Assembly (NCBI GenBank): GCA_963785235.1
Contig: CAWAUM010000012.1
Location: 235,995-299,994, forward strand
Direction: 5' to 3'
DNA from: an uncultured delta proteobacterium
Lineage (GTDB): Bacteria; Desulfobacterota; Desulfomonilia; UBA1062
Length of the DNA: 64,000 nt
Under the pieces are notes generated by a model. It made no database searches. It was not told the origin of the DNA and saw nothing but the letters and a program-made list of their open reading frames with translations. Position numbers and translations under genes: made by a program. Of this stretch, positions 54,629 through 63,924 are shown piece after piece. Each line of letters begins with the position of its first letter. The first letter of the stretch is position 1.

Positions 54629-56089
54629 ATGGCCAATGCTGTGACCTGCCTTAGCGTCAGTGAGTTGAACGAACGCGCCCGTGAAGCCTTGAGTGCGGGG
54701 CTGGGGCCCGATGTCTGGGTAGTTGGTGAGATCCACGGGTTGAAGGCCCATGCAAAATCCGGCCATATATACTTCGACCTCGTGGAGAAGCCCGCTACTG
54801 CCTCGGACCAGTACATCGCAAAGGTGAGCTGCGCATTCTTCAGGGGCTCGTATGTGCCGTGGCAGAGATCGCTCTCATCGCTTGGAATACAGGGGTTCGA
54901 GCTGACGAGCGGCATAGCGGTCAAACTCAGGGCAAGGGTCGACCTCTTTGTAAAAGAAGGCCGCTACCAGCTCATCGTCAGCGAGATTGACCCGAGCTAT
55001 ACCCTGGGCGCCATTGCCAGGCGCAGGGCACAGACCATCGAGACCATGAAGGCTGGGGGCCTCATGGAGAGAAACAAGGTCCTGGAGCTGAGCGCGGTCC
55101 CGTTACATATCGGCCTGATCACCTCCAGGGGTTCTGCCGCCTACCAGGACTTCACCAGCATCATCTTAAAATGCGGTTTTTCATTCCGTATTACTCTCTA
55201 TGATGCGCACATGCAGGGTGAGAGCACCATTAAAGAGGTGACCCAGGGTATCAGGGCACTTGAAAAATACCCGGAAGTGGATGCTATCGTCATCATCAGG
55301 GGCGGCGGCGCCAAGACAGACCTGTTCGTATTTGATGACATCGGCCTCTGCCGGGCAATAGCAACTTGCTCCAAACCTGTTTTCACCGGCATCGGCCATG
55401 AGATCGACCTGTCAGTGGCGGACATGGTGGCGCACAGTTACTTTGTCACCCCTACCGATGCGGCGCGTTTTTTTGTCTCTCAGGTGGAAGGCGTCTGTTC
55501 ATTTCTGGAAGATGCTGCTGCCTCCCTTAATTATTCAGCCCTGAACGCCCTGAACAAATCATCTGGGCGCCTCGGTCTGGCGGCAACCCGCCTCGCCTTC
55601 CTTTCCCAGAGATACTCATCCCGGGCACGCTCCGCCCTGGAGGCTGCTGCATCTGCGTTATTGACCAATGGCCTTACCATGATGGCCACCCATGACAGAC
55701 GACTTCTGAAGGTGCTGTCCGCCTTTATTCATCAGGCAACTGCAGCCATTCATGCCCAGTCGTCAATCCTTGATCAGGCGTTTTTCGGATTGAAGCTCAA
55801 CTCATCAGCGTTCCTGAAACACCTTGGGACAGAACTTCAACGCCGTCACGCCCTCATGCTCAAGGAGATCTCCGACGGCCTTGCCGAAAACCTGAAGACC
55901 CTGACAGGTTATGAAAAAGAGCTTCATCTTCTCGAGCCTGGCGTTACCCTGCAAAGGGGGTACAGCATCACGCTGGATAAAACGGGCAGGGCTTTATGCG
56001 ATTCCAGCGATGTAGCCAGGGATGACCGCATCACAACCCTGCTCGCAAAGGGAAAGATCCACTCTGTGGTATACACAAAGGAGCCATGA
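54629..56089 (+). CDS. xseA: Exodeoxyribonuclease VII large subunit
   Basis: WVVGEI, SGHIYF, RGGG, TGIGHEID, TPT, LQRGYS. Confidence 0.93.
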   Translation: MANAVTCLSVSELNERAREALSAGLGPDVWVVGEIHGLKAHAKSGHIYFDLVEKPATASDQYIAKVSCAFFRGSYVPWQRSLSSLGIQGFELTSGIAVKLRARVDLFVKEGRYQLIVSEIDPSYTLGAIARRRAQTIETMKAGGLMERNKVLELSAVPLHIGLITSRGSAAYQDFTSIILKCGFSFRITLYDAHMQGESTIKEVTQGIRALEKYPEVDAIVIIRGGGAKTDLFVFDDIGLCRAIATCSKPVFTGIGHEIDLSVADMVAHSYFVTPTDAARFFVSQVEGVCSFLEDAAASLNYSALNALNKSSGRLGLAATRLAFLSQRYSSRARSALEAAASALLTNGLTMMATHDRRLLKVLSAFIHQATAAIHAQSSILDQAFFGLKLNSSAFLKHLGTELQRRHALMLKEISDGLAENLKTLTGYEKELHLLEPGVTLQRGYSITLDKTGRALCDSSDVARDDRITTLLAKGKIHSVVYTKEP

Positions 56090-56319
56090 CAAAGATGAAA
56101 AAAGCAAAGGGATATTCGGACGTATTGAAGGAGCTCGAAGAAACGCTGGAGCGGATGAACCGCGGCGAGATCCCCATTGACGAACTGGAGGAGGCCATCA
56201 AGTCGGCGGCCCAGAAGATCCGCTACCTGCGCGACAAGCTCAAGGCCACCGAGGCCGAGATCGTGAAGGTGCTCCGGGAAATCGAAGGTGAGTCGCTAAA
56301 AACAGACGAAGGAAAATAG
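56086..56319 (+). CDS. xseB: Exodeoxyribonuclease VII small subunit
   Basis: Short helical protein overlapping the xseA stop; LEETLERM..GEIPIDEL. Confidence 0.88.
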   Translation: MTKMKKAKGYSDVLKELEETLERMNRGEIPIDELEEAIKSAAQKIRYLRDKLKATEAEIVKVLREIEGESLKTDEGK

Positions 56320-56364
56320 TATGCCTTCGTAGAGGCTTATACGCATAGGGTCCGACACAAGATC

Positions 56365-56413
56365 TTCAGTTTTCAGACTTCCTAAAACTGAATAGAAAGC
56401 GCAGTTATCTTCA
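56365..56413. repeat. Degenerate ~50-bp direct repeat, copy A
   Basis: TTCAGTTTTCAGACTTCCTAAAACTGAATAGAAAGCGCAGTTATCTTCA; similar to 58728-58776. Confidence 0.6.
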
Positions 56414-56731
56414 CCGTGGCAGAACCCAGTGATACTTACCTTTAGGCTTAGCTGTCTTCATCTGCCTTTCTCTGGCAGTATTTGCAAACCTACTGATATA
56501 TCCCATTTTTCCCTGCCACTTGAGCATCTCCCTGCAACACCATACAATATCATCTTTGAGATCACATTGGATTTCACTTACCAGCTCTCCATTCTTGAAC
56601 AACTGGCAGTGGTATTTCCCTGCTATGGTGGTTACCTTTACTTCATGTTTAGGCTCAACATACTCTTCCAGATGTTTTTTCTGTTTGGCAATATGTCTTC
56701 TGATAAATGATGCTATGTCTTTGATATTCAT
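56411..56731 (-). CDS. Hypothetical protein (AT-rich island)
   Basis: 106-aa ORF with GAAAGGTG RBS; no recognised motif. Confidence 0.55.
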   Translation of the reverse strand: MNIKDIASFIRRHIAKQKKHLEEYVEPKHEVKVTTIAGKYHCQLFKNGELVSEIQCDLKDDIVWCCREMLKWQGKMGYISRFANTARERQMKTAKPKGKYHWVLPR

Positions 56732-56871
56732 GACATCACCTTTCCAACACCAACTATGTCAATTATTTCACTTGAGATCATAAAGCCTGTCTGGAGTATA
56801 CTGAATATCGTTAAAAGCATAGGTATTACTGCATGTTCTCTGGTTGAGAGTCCTGGCATGGAACCGTTGAG

Positions 56872-57144
56872 TCATTGACCATTGCATTTATATTGTTTTT
56901 TCATCCGGAAGATTGTGAAATGAGTAGGACAAGTGCAAAATTGATTAGAGCCGTAACTTATTCGATATGAACAATTTTCAGGTTCTTTAGACTTTAGGTC
57001 TAAGACGTAAGGTTCAATAGCATAGTTAACTTTACACATCTTGTGTTCACCACACATGCCAAATTCCAGGCAGGAGAATGAGTGGGGGCACTTGGTTGTT
57101 ACATTTAAGATCTCAACAGGCACAATAATAGACATATATTCCAT
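56872..57144 (-). CDS. Small cysteine-rich hypothetical protein
   Basis: AGGAG RBS; C-x5-C-x5-C-x5-C ... C-x11-CTCP pattern. Confidence 0.6.
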   Translation of the reverse strand: MEYMSIIVPVEILNVTTKCPHSFSCLEFGMCGEHKMCKVNYAIEPYVLDLKSKEPENCSYRISYGSNQFCTCPTHFTIFRMKKQYKCNGQ

Positions 57145-57347
57145 CTCCTATACAACAATGAAATAGCATATTATAAGGCTATGAATATCATTAATATAAA
57201 AATTGATCAAGCTCCTGTGCCGAAAATTCAGCCGGAGTTGGAATCGATCCAAGGTTTCGTGTCACAGGACACGCTCTGGCATAAAGTGATAATCTACATG
57301 TGTTTCAGCCTAAGATAATCGGTTCTAGGGTCTTTAAAAAGCGCCAA

Positions 57348-58023
57348 GTCGAGTAGCGCAGGGGAATCGCACCCCCACGCCCTCACAGAACCGGACGTGA
57401 GACTCTCACCTCATCCGGCTCCTACTGTCCAGTCGCAGGTATTATACCAAACGACTTTGCCTTATCCATAAGCTCCTCCCATTGCTGGTTTACTCATAAA
57501 TAAGGTTGTACAGCTCAGCCCCTTCGCTCCACTTCCATTACAGAAGTTTCTTCACTACTACGGGCTGATCCGCCCCTGCGCTCTGCATCGGTACTCTCGT
57601 CTTCATGGGGCCTCCACTTCGACTTCTCCCTTAGCATCAGAGCGCCAGGTTCCCACGTTCCGCATGAAAGCCTGTACCAGGCTCGCGCCACCTTTCTGCC
57701 GGCCACCATCTGGGCAGTAAACAGGTTCCCCCCAGACTCTGTCCCGGGCCCGATAACAAAGCCCGGTTTCGATGACGTCTGTATCTTTTCGACAGCTCAT
57801 CAGTGGTTCACTCTCGTTCGCCTTCCTGGTCCTCACCTGACAAGGTCTTGCCTCGCCTTTTCCTGGTCCGCTCACCACCTGGGATCTTATCCCCACGCAG
57901 CGCCAGGCGGTTTGGGATCTGATCCTGTAACCCGATCCCGAGGGGCCTCCCCTCATCTTCCATGCAGCATGGCTGCTCCAATGTAGCCCTTACAGGCTAC
58001 TTCTTCGCGCCTTCGTGGCGCAC
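57348..58023 (-). mobile_element. Complete ORF-less group II intron (IIB, class D/RmInt1-like architecture)
   Basis: 5' GTGCG; DV GAGCCGGATGAGGTGAGAGTCTCACGTCCGGTTC (57421-57388) with AGC triad; DVI ending ACTCGAC; EBS1 GTTATCG pairs with 5' exon CGATAAC; DIV holds only an RBS and MDKAKSFGIIPATGQ*. Confidence 0.92.
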
Positions 58024-58036
58024 GTTATCGCAGTGA

Positions 58037-58534
58037 TCATAAAAGGTAGCCTATTTGGAGTGTTATGAAATTTTCACTGAAGTTCGATGTATCTGTCCAA
58101 TGGAATATCCCTTTCCCGTTAGAGAAGTGTTTATAACCAATCGAAAAGTCATATTTTTCTGTCCTTATGCCCAGTGCAGATCGGAACGCAAACTGAAGCC
58201 GTGTGCCTAGGTTGCTTGTAGTCCTTCTAAGGTAAGCACCGCCGGGTTCTAAGGAGATATACATTTTTCCATACAGGTTTATCCATATACCCTTGGTAAG
58301 AATGAGTGCATTGTTGTGATCCGGTCCATTCCATGATCCGAATGCCACATCATAATAACTTTTAAGACCAAATAGTTGTGGTGAATCTATTTGATAGCTG
58401 AGAAATATGGTCTGGGAATCTGTGGAGTAATATATACCCTGGCCACCTTCAAGAAATACGCCATCGGCGTATGCCGGTGTGGAGCAATAGAGAAGCACGG
58501 GGATAAGTACCGCAATCCAAATTCTCAAGCACAC
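58037..58534 (-). CDS. PagL-like lipid A deacylase / acyloxyacyl hydrolase beta-barrel
   Basis: Signal peptide, LGTRLQF, YKHFSNG (H-x-S-N), terminal IGYLL beta strand. Confidence 0.75.
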   Translation of the reverse strand: MCLRIWIAVLIPVLLYCSTPAYADGVFLEGGQGIYYSTDSQTIFLSYQIDSPQLFGLKSYYDVAFGSWNGPDHNNALILTKGIWINLYGKMYISLEPGGAYLRRTTSNLGTRLQFAFRSALGIRTEKYDFSIGYKHFSNGKGIFHWTDTSNFSENFITLQIGYLL

Positions 58535-58727
58535 TATCCTTAATAAATCCTAGGAAGTCAGATAAACATTTAAGTAATAATCTTGTAACCATCTGATATC
58601 ATTAATTTCAGCTTTCTGCAAACTGACCTTTGCAGGGTATTACACAATGATTTGGTCAAAACTGATGGGTGACAGAACCAGCTCTCTCACCTGTAGCCTG
58701 AATACCATAGATTAAAAAAACAATATA

Positions 58728-58776
58728 TTCAGTTTTCAGCCTTCTCAAAACCGTGACGATATCGCAGTTATATTCA
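58728..58776. repeat. Degenerate ~50-bp direct repeat, copy B
   Basis: TTCAGTTTTCAGCCTTCTCAAAACCGTGACGATATCGCAGTTATATTCA. Confidence 0.6.
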
Positions 58777-58843
58777 GTATGAGGAAAATAGTTAAGCGAC
58801 AAAATAATTGTAAATTGAATATATTTGATTCATAAGATATCTC

Positions 58844-59977
58844 ATGAAAGTGCTTCACCTTTTAAGTGACTGGAAGTGGACAGGGTCTTCTGAACCTGTA
58901 GTTTCACTTTGTGAGGCCCTCGCAGCAGAAGACGTCGATGTAACCATTGCATATAGAAAAACACCCGCCCATCGTGTTAACGTGAACTCTGTCGAGAAAG
59001 AGGTTAAAAAGAGGGGGGTCCCTTATTACGAAGGGTTCAGGCTTAATCGGTATTTTTCTTTGAGAGACTGCCTTCATGACATGATATACATAAAGCGTTA
59101 TGTCGAAAATGAAGGCGTGGATATTGTCCATACCAACCTCTCCCATGACCACTTCATTGCATTGCTTTCGCTTCAATTCTGCAAAAAAAGACCCCTGATA
59201 ATAAGAACAGACCATAAAAGGGACGGTTTTTCTAAAGCACCTTTCATGAAATGGGCATTATTCGAAACCGATGGTCTGGTGGCATACAGTAGAAAGATCA
59301 TTGAACACGACATAACAACATTCGGGTACCCTGTCGAAAAGACATGCATCATCCCATCTGGTGTTAAACGGTTTGAGGGCGAGATAGAAGATAAATGTCA
59401 TGAATTACATATCGATGCTAATGATAAAGTAATCGGGGTCGTGGGGAGACTGAAAAAGGAACGAGGATATGATACCATCTTCAAGGCATTCAAACGGGTG
59501 AGAGATCGTATCGTGAATGTGAAACTTCTTGTCCTGGGGAGAGGCAGTCCCCAGGATGAATCAATCGTACATAATTTAATTGAAGACCTGGGGATTGGAA
59601 ACGATGTAATACTGGCAGGGTATCGGTCGGATGATTATTTCTCTCTGATTTCGTCATTTGATGTTTTTGTCATGATGAGGGCAGGAACCGATGGGACAGC
59701 CAGGGCTTTAAGGGAGGTGATGTCCATGGGGGTACCTTCTGTCGTGTCGGATCTTGGCATGCTGCCTGAGCTTGTGGATGATGGGATCAATGGTTTTGTG
59801 GTGAAGCCACAAGAACATATACTTGCGGAAAATATCATTGAGTTGCTTTTAGATGATAAAAAGAGACAAATCTTTGGAAAAGATGCAAAAGAGACCGCAC
59901 AAAGTAAATGGAATTATAAGAACCAAGCAGTAACCATGATGAATTTTTACAAAGAACTCTTAAATCCAATAAGGTGA
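58844..59977 (+). CDS. GT4-family glycosyltransferase
   Basis: MKVLHL, VVGRLKKERG, EVMSMGVPSVVSDLG, ELVDDGINGF. Confidence 0.9.
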   Translation: MKVLHLLSDWKWTGSSEPVVSLCEALAAEDVDVTIAYRKTPAHRVNVNSVEKEVKKRGVPYYEGFRLNRYFSLRDCLHDMIYIKRYVENEGVDIVHTNLSHDHFIALLSLQFCKKRPLIIRTDHKRDGFSKAPFMKWALFETDGLVAYSRKIIEHDITTFGYPVEKTCIIPSGVKRFEGEIEDKCHELHIDANDKVIGVVGRLKKERGYDTIFKAFKRVRDRIVNVKLLVLGRGSPQDESIVHNLIEDLGIGNDVILAGYRSDDYFSLISSFDVFVMMRAGTDGTARALREVMSMGVPSVVSDLGMLPELVDDGINGFVVKPQEHILAENIIELLLDDKKRQIFGKDAKETAQSKWNYKNQAVTMMNFYKELLNPIR

Positions 59978-60398
59978 TTGGCCTTTCCCCCTTTGACTAG
60001 GCTTCAACTTTGTTTAGTATGTAACATCATTATCCATGTCTTTATGTTTCATCGATAGTATCTATCCTGTGTCAAAATGTGGGATTTGAAAAAAGAGAAT
60101 CCATGTGAAGAGTTCGTGCGAAAATCAAAGCTTTGTTCATACTGAATATTTCTTTTGATAATCTTCACAAGTAAATGGACAGGTGAGGAATATGTTTCAA
60201 TAATTGATATTACGACCAACATTGAATATACCCGCAATGACTTAAAGTCTTCTCAAAGCCTCTCTCTTCAAGGTACCATTATATGATCAAAACTGCCTGC
60301 CTTTTCATCAGCAGTTCTCCATAAAAGTTCTTATCCGAATCCATTATGCATCATCGCTCTAATTGACCCTTTGCACAAAGGTCTGCTATAGGGACACC

Positions 60399-61541
60399 AT
60401 GAATCCATCCCGCACCGCCCAAACCATAGCACCTTTTCTGGTCATGGATGTTATGGAAAAGGCCAACACCCTTGCCGCCTCAGGCAGGGACATCATCCAC
60501 CTGGAGGTGGGCGAGCCTGATTTCGACACCCCGGAGTGCATCCGCATGGCAGCGGCAAATGCCATGCATAAGGGCAAAACCCACTACACAGAATCGCTGG
60601 GTATTCCCGAACTCAGGCATGCCCTGAGCGCACATTATAAAAAGACCTATGGCGTCACCATTGATACGGAATGCATTGTTGTCACTGCAGGCTCGTCGCC
60701 AGCACTCCTCATGGCCATATCGTGCCTCGTAGATGCAGGTGACGAGGTCATGATGACCGACCCGTACTATGCCTGCTACCCGAACTTCGTCAAGGTCCTG
60801 GGCGCCAAACCCCGCCTCATCCGCACCGGGAGTTCGGACAGATTCCAGCTGGACCCGGTCAAGGTAAAACAGACCATAACCGGTAAAACCAAGGCCCTGA
60901 TCATCAACTCGCCTGCCAACCCCACGGGTGTCTGCCTTGACGCAGATCACCTGAAGGCCTTAGGCAAGCTGCCCATCCCCATCATATCCGACGAGATCTA
61001 CCACGGGCTGGTTTATGCAGGCGAGCAGCACACCATACTCGAGTACACGGATAATGCCATTACCATCAACGGTTTCTCCAAGGCCTATGCCATGACAGGC
61101 TGGAGGCTGGGCTGGGCCATCTTCCCCAAGGCACTGATCCGTACGGCCCAGAAGATCCAGCAGAACCTCATGATCTGCGCCCCGTCCATTGCCCAGTGGG
61201 GTGGTGTGGCGGCACTCACAAAGGCAGGTGCGGATGTGGAGAACATGCATCAGATATTTGCAGGTCGAAGGAAGGTCATGCTTGCCGAGATGAGAAAGTA
61301 CGGTTTCAACGTTGAGGTGGAGCCCACCGGGGCCTTTTACGTACTGGTGAACATGGGCTCTTTCACCAAGGACTCCCGCCTGTTTGCCATGGATATCCTG
61401 GAGCATACAGGTGTGGGTGTCACCCCGGGTATTGATTTCGGACCAGGGGCGCAAGGATATATCCGCTTTTCTTACGCCAACTCGGAGAAGAACATCATTG
61501 AAGGCATCTCCCGCGTTGCAACATATCTGAAAAGCCTATGA
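60399..61541 (+). CDS. PLP-dependent aminotransferase class I/II
   Basis: GEPDF, NSPANPTG, SDEIY, FSKAYAMTGWRLG. Confidence 0.95.
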   Translation: MNPSRTAQTIAPFLVMDVMEKANTLAASGRDIIHLEVGEPDFDTPECIRMAAANAMHKGKTHYTESLGIPELRHALSAHYKKTYGVTIDTECIVVTAGSSPALLMAISCLVDAGDEVMMTDPYYACYPNFVKVLGAKPRLIRTGSSDRFQLDPVKVKQTITGKTKALIINSPANPTGVCLDADHLKALGKLPIPIISDEIYHGLVYAGEQHTILEYTDNAITINGFSKAYAMTGWRLGWAIFPKALIRTAQKIQQNLMICAPSIAQWGGVAALTKAGADVENMHQIFAGRRKVMLAEMRKYGFNVEVEPTGAFYVLVNMGSFTKDSRLFAMDILEHTGVGVTPGIDFGPGAQGYIRFSYANSEKNIIEGISRVATYLKSL

Positions 61542-62116
61542 AAGTAAAAGTACGCGACGCATCCTTTGCCGGTGTCTTTCCCCATCATAGCGCAGGGCTT
61601 CCTCAATTCGCCTTTGCAGGAAGGTCGAATGTGGGCAAGTCTTCACTCATCAACACACTGCTGAACCGGAAGGCCCTTGTAAGGATAAGCAAGGTGCCGG
61701 GCAAGACCAGGGCCGTCAACTTCTTTAAGATCGACCTGGTTGACCTGCCCTCCATCTATCTCGTGGACCTGCCGGGCTATGGTTATGCCAAGGTATCCAG
61801 GACCATAAGCCATGAATGGGGTGATCTGATTTCCAAATACCTCTCCAAGAACCACGAACTGAAGCTCGTCATGCTCCTTGTAGACATACGCCGCGACCTT
61901 GAAGATGAGGAGCGGATGCTCATTGAACTCATGGCGAAAAGCCGGGCCAAGGTCGTACTCGTTGCCACCAAGACCGACAAGCTGAACTACGGCCAGCGAC
62001 TCAAGCGTGCATCCGAACTTTCAAAGCAGTGCGGGCTGTCTCCGGTTATAACCTCTGCCGCCAAGGGTGAGGGCATGGATGAACTCTGGACTCAGATCAT
62101 AACTTCCATAGACTGA
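61538..62116 (+). CDS. engB: Ribosome biogenesis GTPase YihA/EngB
   Basis: GRSNVGKSS, PGKT, DLPGYGYA, TKTDK. Confidence 0.95.
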   Translation: MKVKVRDASFAGVFPHHSAGLPQFAFAGRSNVGKSSLINTLLNRKALVRISKVPGKTRAVNFFKIDLVDLPSIYLVDLPGYGYAKVSRTISHEWGDLISKYLSKNHELKLVMLLVDIRRDLEDEERMLIELMAKSRAKVVLVATKTDKLNYGQRLKRASELSKQCGLSPVITSAAKGEGMDELWTQIITSID

Positions 62117-62172
62117 CCAGGTACTGCGATAATTTTTTGTGTTTACTCACTTGATCGATATGCTATTATCAT

Positions 62173-62442
62173 ATGACTATGGAAAGAACCTCCATTGACA
62201 TTAACTCATTCCTGCCTATCATTCTCCTCTTCCTCTTCCTGGTTCTTCCCGCACTGTTGAAACGCCTCGGGCAGTACACGGCTGCCGGCAAGGATGCCAA
62301 CAGGCCGCCTGAACAGGACCGGGAGGCCCAGCCTGAAGAACGCATGCACGATTACTTTGAAGAGCCCCCGATAGGGCATGACTACACACGCACACAAAAG
62401 GAAACTTTCTCCAACAAACCCATCCATCCCAAATGGTTTTAA
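62173..62442 (+). CDS. Hypothetical membrane-anchored protein
   Basis: N-terminal hydrophobic helix; ends KPIHPKWF. Confidence 0.55.
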   Translation: MTMERTSIDINSFLPIILLFLFLVLPALLKRLGQYTAAGKDANRPPEQDREAQPEERMHDYFEEPPIGHDYTRTQKETFSNKPIHPKWF

Positions 62443-63002
62443 ATAACAGACCAGACAAGGAACCGCTGCGTTTCTTTTTCGGCATCTTCATCATCGCGCT
62501 GTCGATCTATGCATACTATATAGGCACGAGCATGAGAAACTCCCCTGAGCTGTTCCTCCTGCCGGAAGCCATCAAGGCAACCGAGCTTCCATGTTCATTG
62601 GCGAGTTCAGATAGCCTGTCTGTATGCATCCCTGCCGGTATCGACTTCTCGGGCAGGGGGGACGCAATTGAGTTCTATTCCGCCAGGAAGCAGCTCCGTG
62701 GTGCCATAGAAATTATAAAAGGCCTTCCCCTGGAGCGTCAGTGGAGGACATCGTTGAAGAGTCCTCTCATGAGGATTTTTATCCGGGATATTGATAAAAC
62801 GGACACCTATGAACTCATGGTCTCCATCCTGCAGCACAAGTATAACCCTTCACTGATGGGGGCTAAGGCTGCCCTCATCCCGCCCTGGATGAAAAAAGCA
62901 CATGGGTCCCGTATCCTGATGCTAAGGGAAGATAAAGGCCTTATATTCTATACCACGGAGCAGTCCCTGGGGTTTTTGTTCAAGCCTGGCGCCACATTAT
63001 GA
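62433..63002 (+). CDS. Hypothetical membrane protein
   Basis: 189-aa ORF with an N-terminal TM helix, overlapping the upstream gene. Confidence 0.55.
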   Translation: MVLNNRPDKEPLRFFFGIFIIALSIYAYYIGTSMRNSPELFLLPEAIKATELPCSLASSDSLSVCIPAGIDFSGRGDAIEFYSARKQLRGAIEIIKGLPLERQWRTSLKSPLMRIFIRDIDKTDTYELMVSILQHKYNPSLMGAKAALIPPWMKKAHGSRILMLREDKGLIFYTTEQSLGFLFKPGATL

Positions 63003-63065
63003 TTTCCGTAAAAGGAAAGATCCCGCTTCAGGCTACAGTTGGGATCATGTCATCCATAAGCCTTA

Positions 63066-63528
63066 TCAAACCGGCAGGACCAGGAAAGGAATTGACGGGT
63101 TCTTCATGAACTTCTCTGAATAATCGCTCCTGAATCCGGCAAGGGCCCCCTTGCTAACCTCATGGCCGATAATAAGCAACTCAATTGACTTTTCCTTGAT
63201 CACCTTATTGATCCCATCAATGGGAGCTCCCCTCATGACAAGCCTGTGCTTCGCATCGATCACATTATCGCCCACCTGACTGCAGATGGAATACATCTTG
63301 TCTTTGGCTGCGCTTATTACTTCCTCTTCAAGTTTGTCTGTGTTGATGTGAGGAACATAAAAACCTGCCAGCATTCTTGATGTCGGTGACGGTATGAAGG
63401 ACAAAGAGCTCTGCATCAATAAGGCAGGAGAGCTGGTATGCATAATCAACAATAAAGGCGCTGTACTTTGCATAATCGATGTAGCAGAGAACCTTCTGTG
63501 GTTTCTTCAACTTGGTCGTCTTCTTCAT
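63066..63528 (-). CDS. Universal stress protein (frameshift near 63365)
   Basis: KVLCYID...AELFVLH in one frame; GAP, ELLIIG, PFLVLP in the other. Confidence 0.75.
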
Positions 63529-63531
63529 AAT

Positions 63532-63924
63532 CTACCTCCTCAATGCTGTTGTTATACCTTCTTGTGAAACCGATTCTATCACACTCTTGAGCTCCTTGAG
63601 TTTGAAGGGCTTTGCTACAAAAGCGTCAGCCCCACGGTCAAAGGCCAATTTCTGGGCCTCGCTAATGGAAAAGCCCGTAATCAGGACAATGGGCACCTTG
63701 GGGTACTTTGCCTTGATCTCTCCCATCAGCGTGAATCCATCCATGCGAGGCATATGGATGTCGCTCACCACAACCTGGATATGCTGGGAGTGCATACATT
63801 CCAAGGCATCGTATCCATCGTGCGCCGTATATACCTGGTATCCGTACATGCCCAGGAAATCCGCTATCACATGGGTCAGGTCCTGGGAATCATCAACGAT
63901 CAGGATCTGCTTTGAATTAATCAT
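63532..63924 (-). CDS. Single-domain response regulator
   Basis: ILIVDD, SDIHMPRMDG, LITG, FVAKPF. Confidence 0.92.
   Translation of the reverse strand: MINSKQILIVDDSQDLTHVIADFLGMYGYQVYTAHDGYDALECMHSQHIQVVVSDIHMPRMDGFTLMGEIKAKYPKVPIVLITGFSISEAQKLAFDRGADAFVAKPFKLKELKSVIESVSQEGITTALRR

Noticed and set aside
57208-57240. Terminal inverted repeat of an IS pairing with the intron target site
   Set aside because: Similarity of CTCCTGTGCCGAAAATTC to the target is too weak, and no transposase or target duplication is visible.
57515-57956. ORFs 57515-57709 and 57603-57956 (and 43558-43746) as proteins
   Set aside because: They are chance frames within group II intron RNA domains.
56365-58776. CRISPR array or classical integron
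   Set aside because: The repeats are few, degenerate and separated by whole genes; no cas or intI gene and no attC-type fold is visible.
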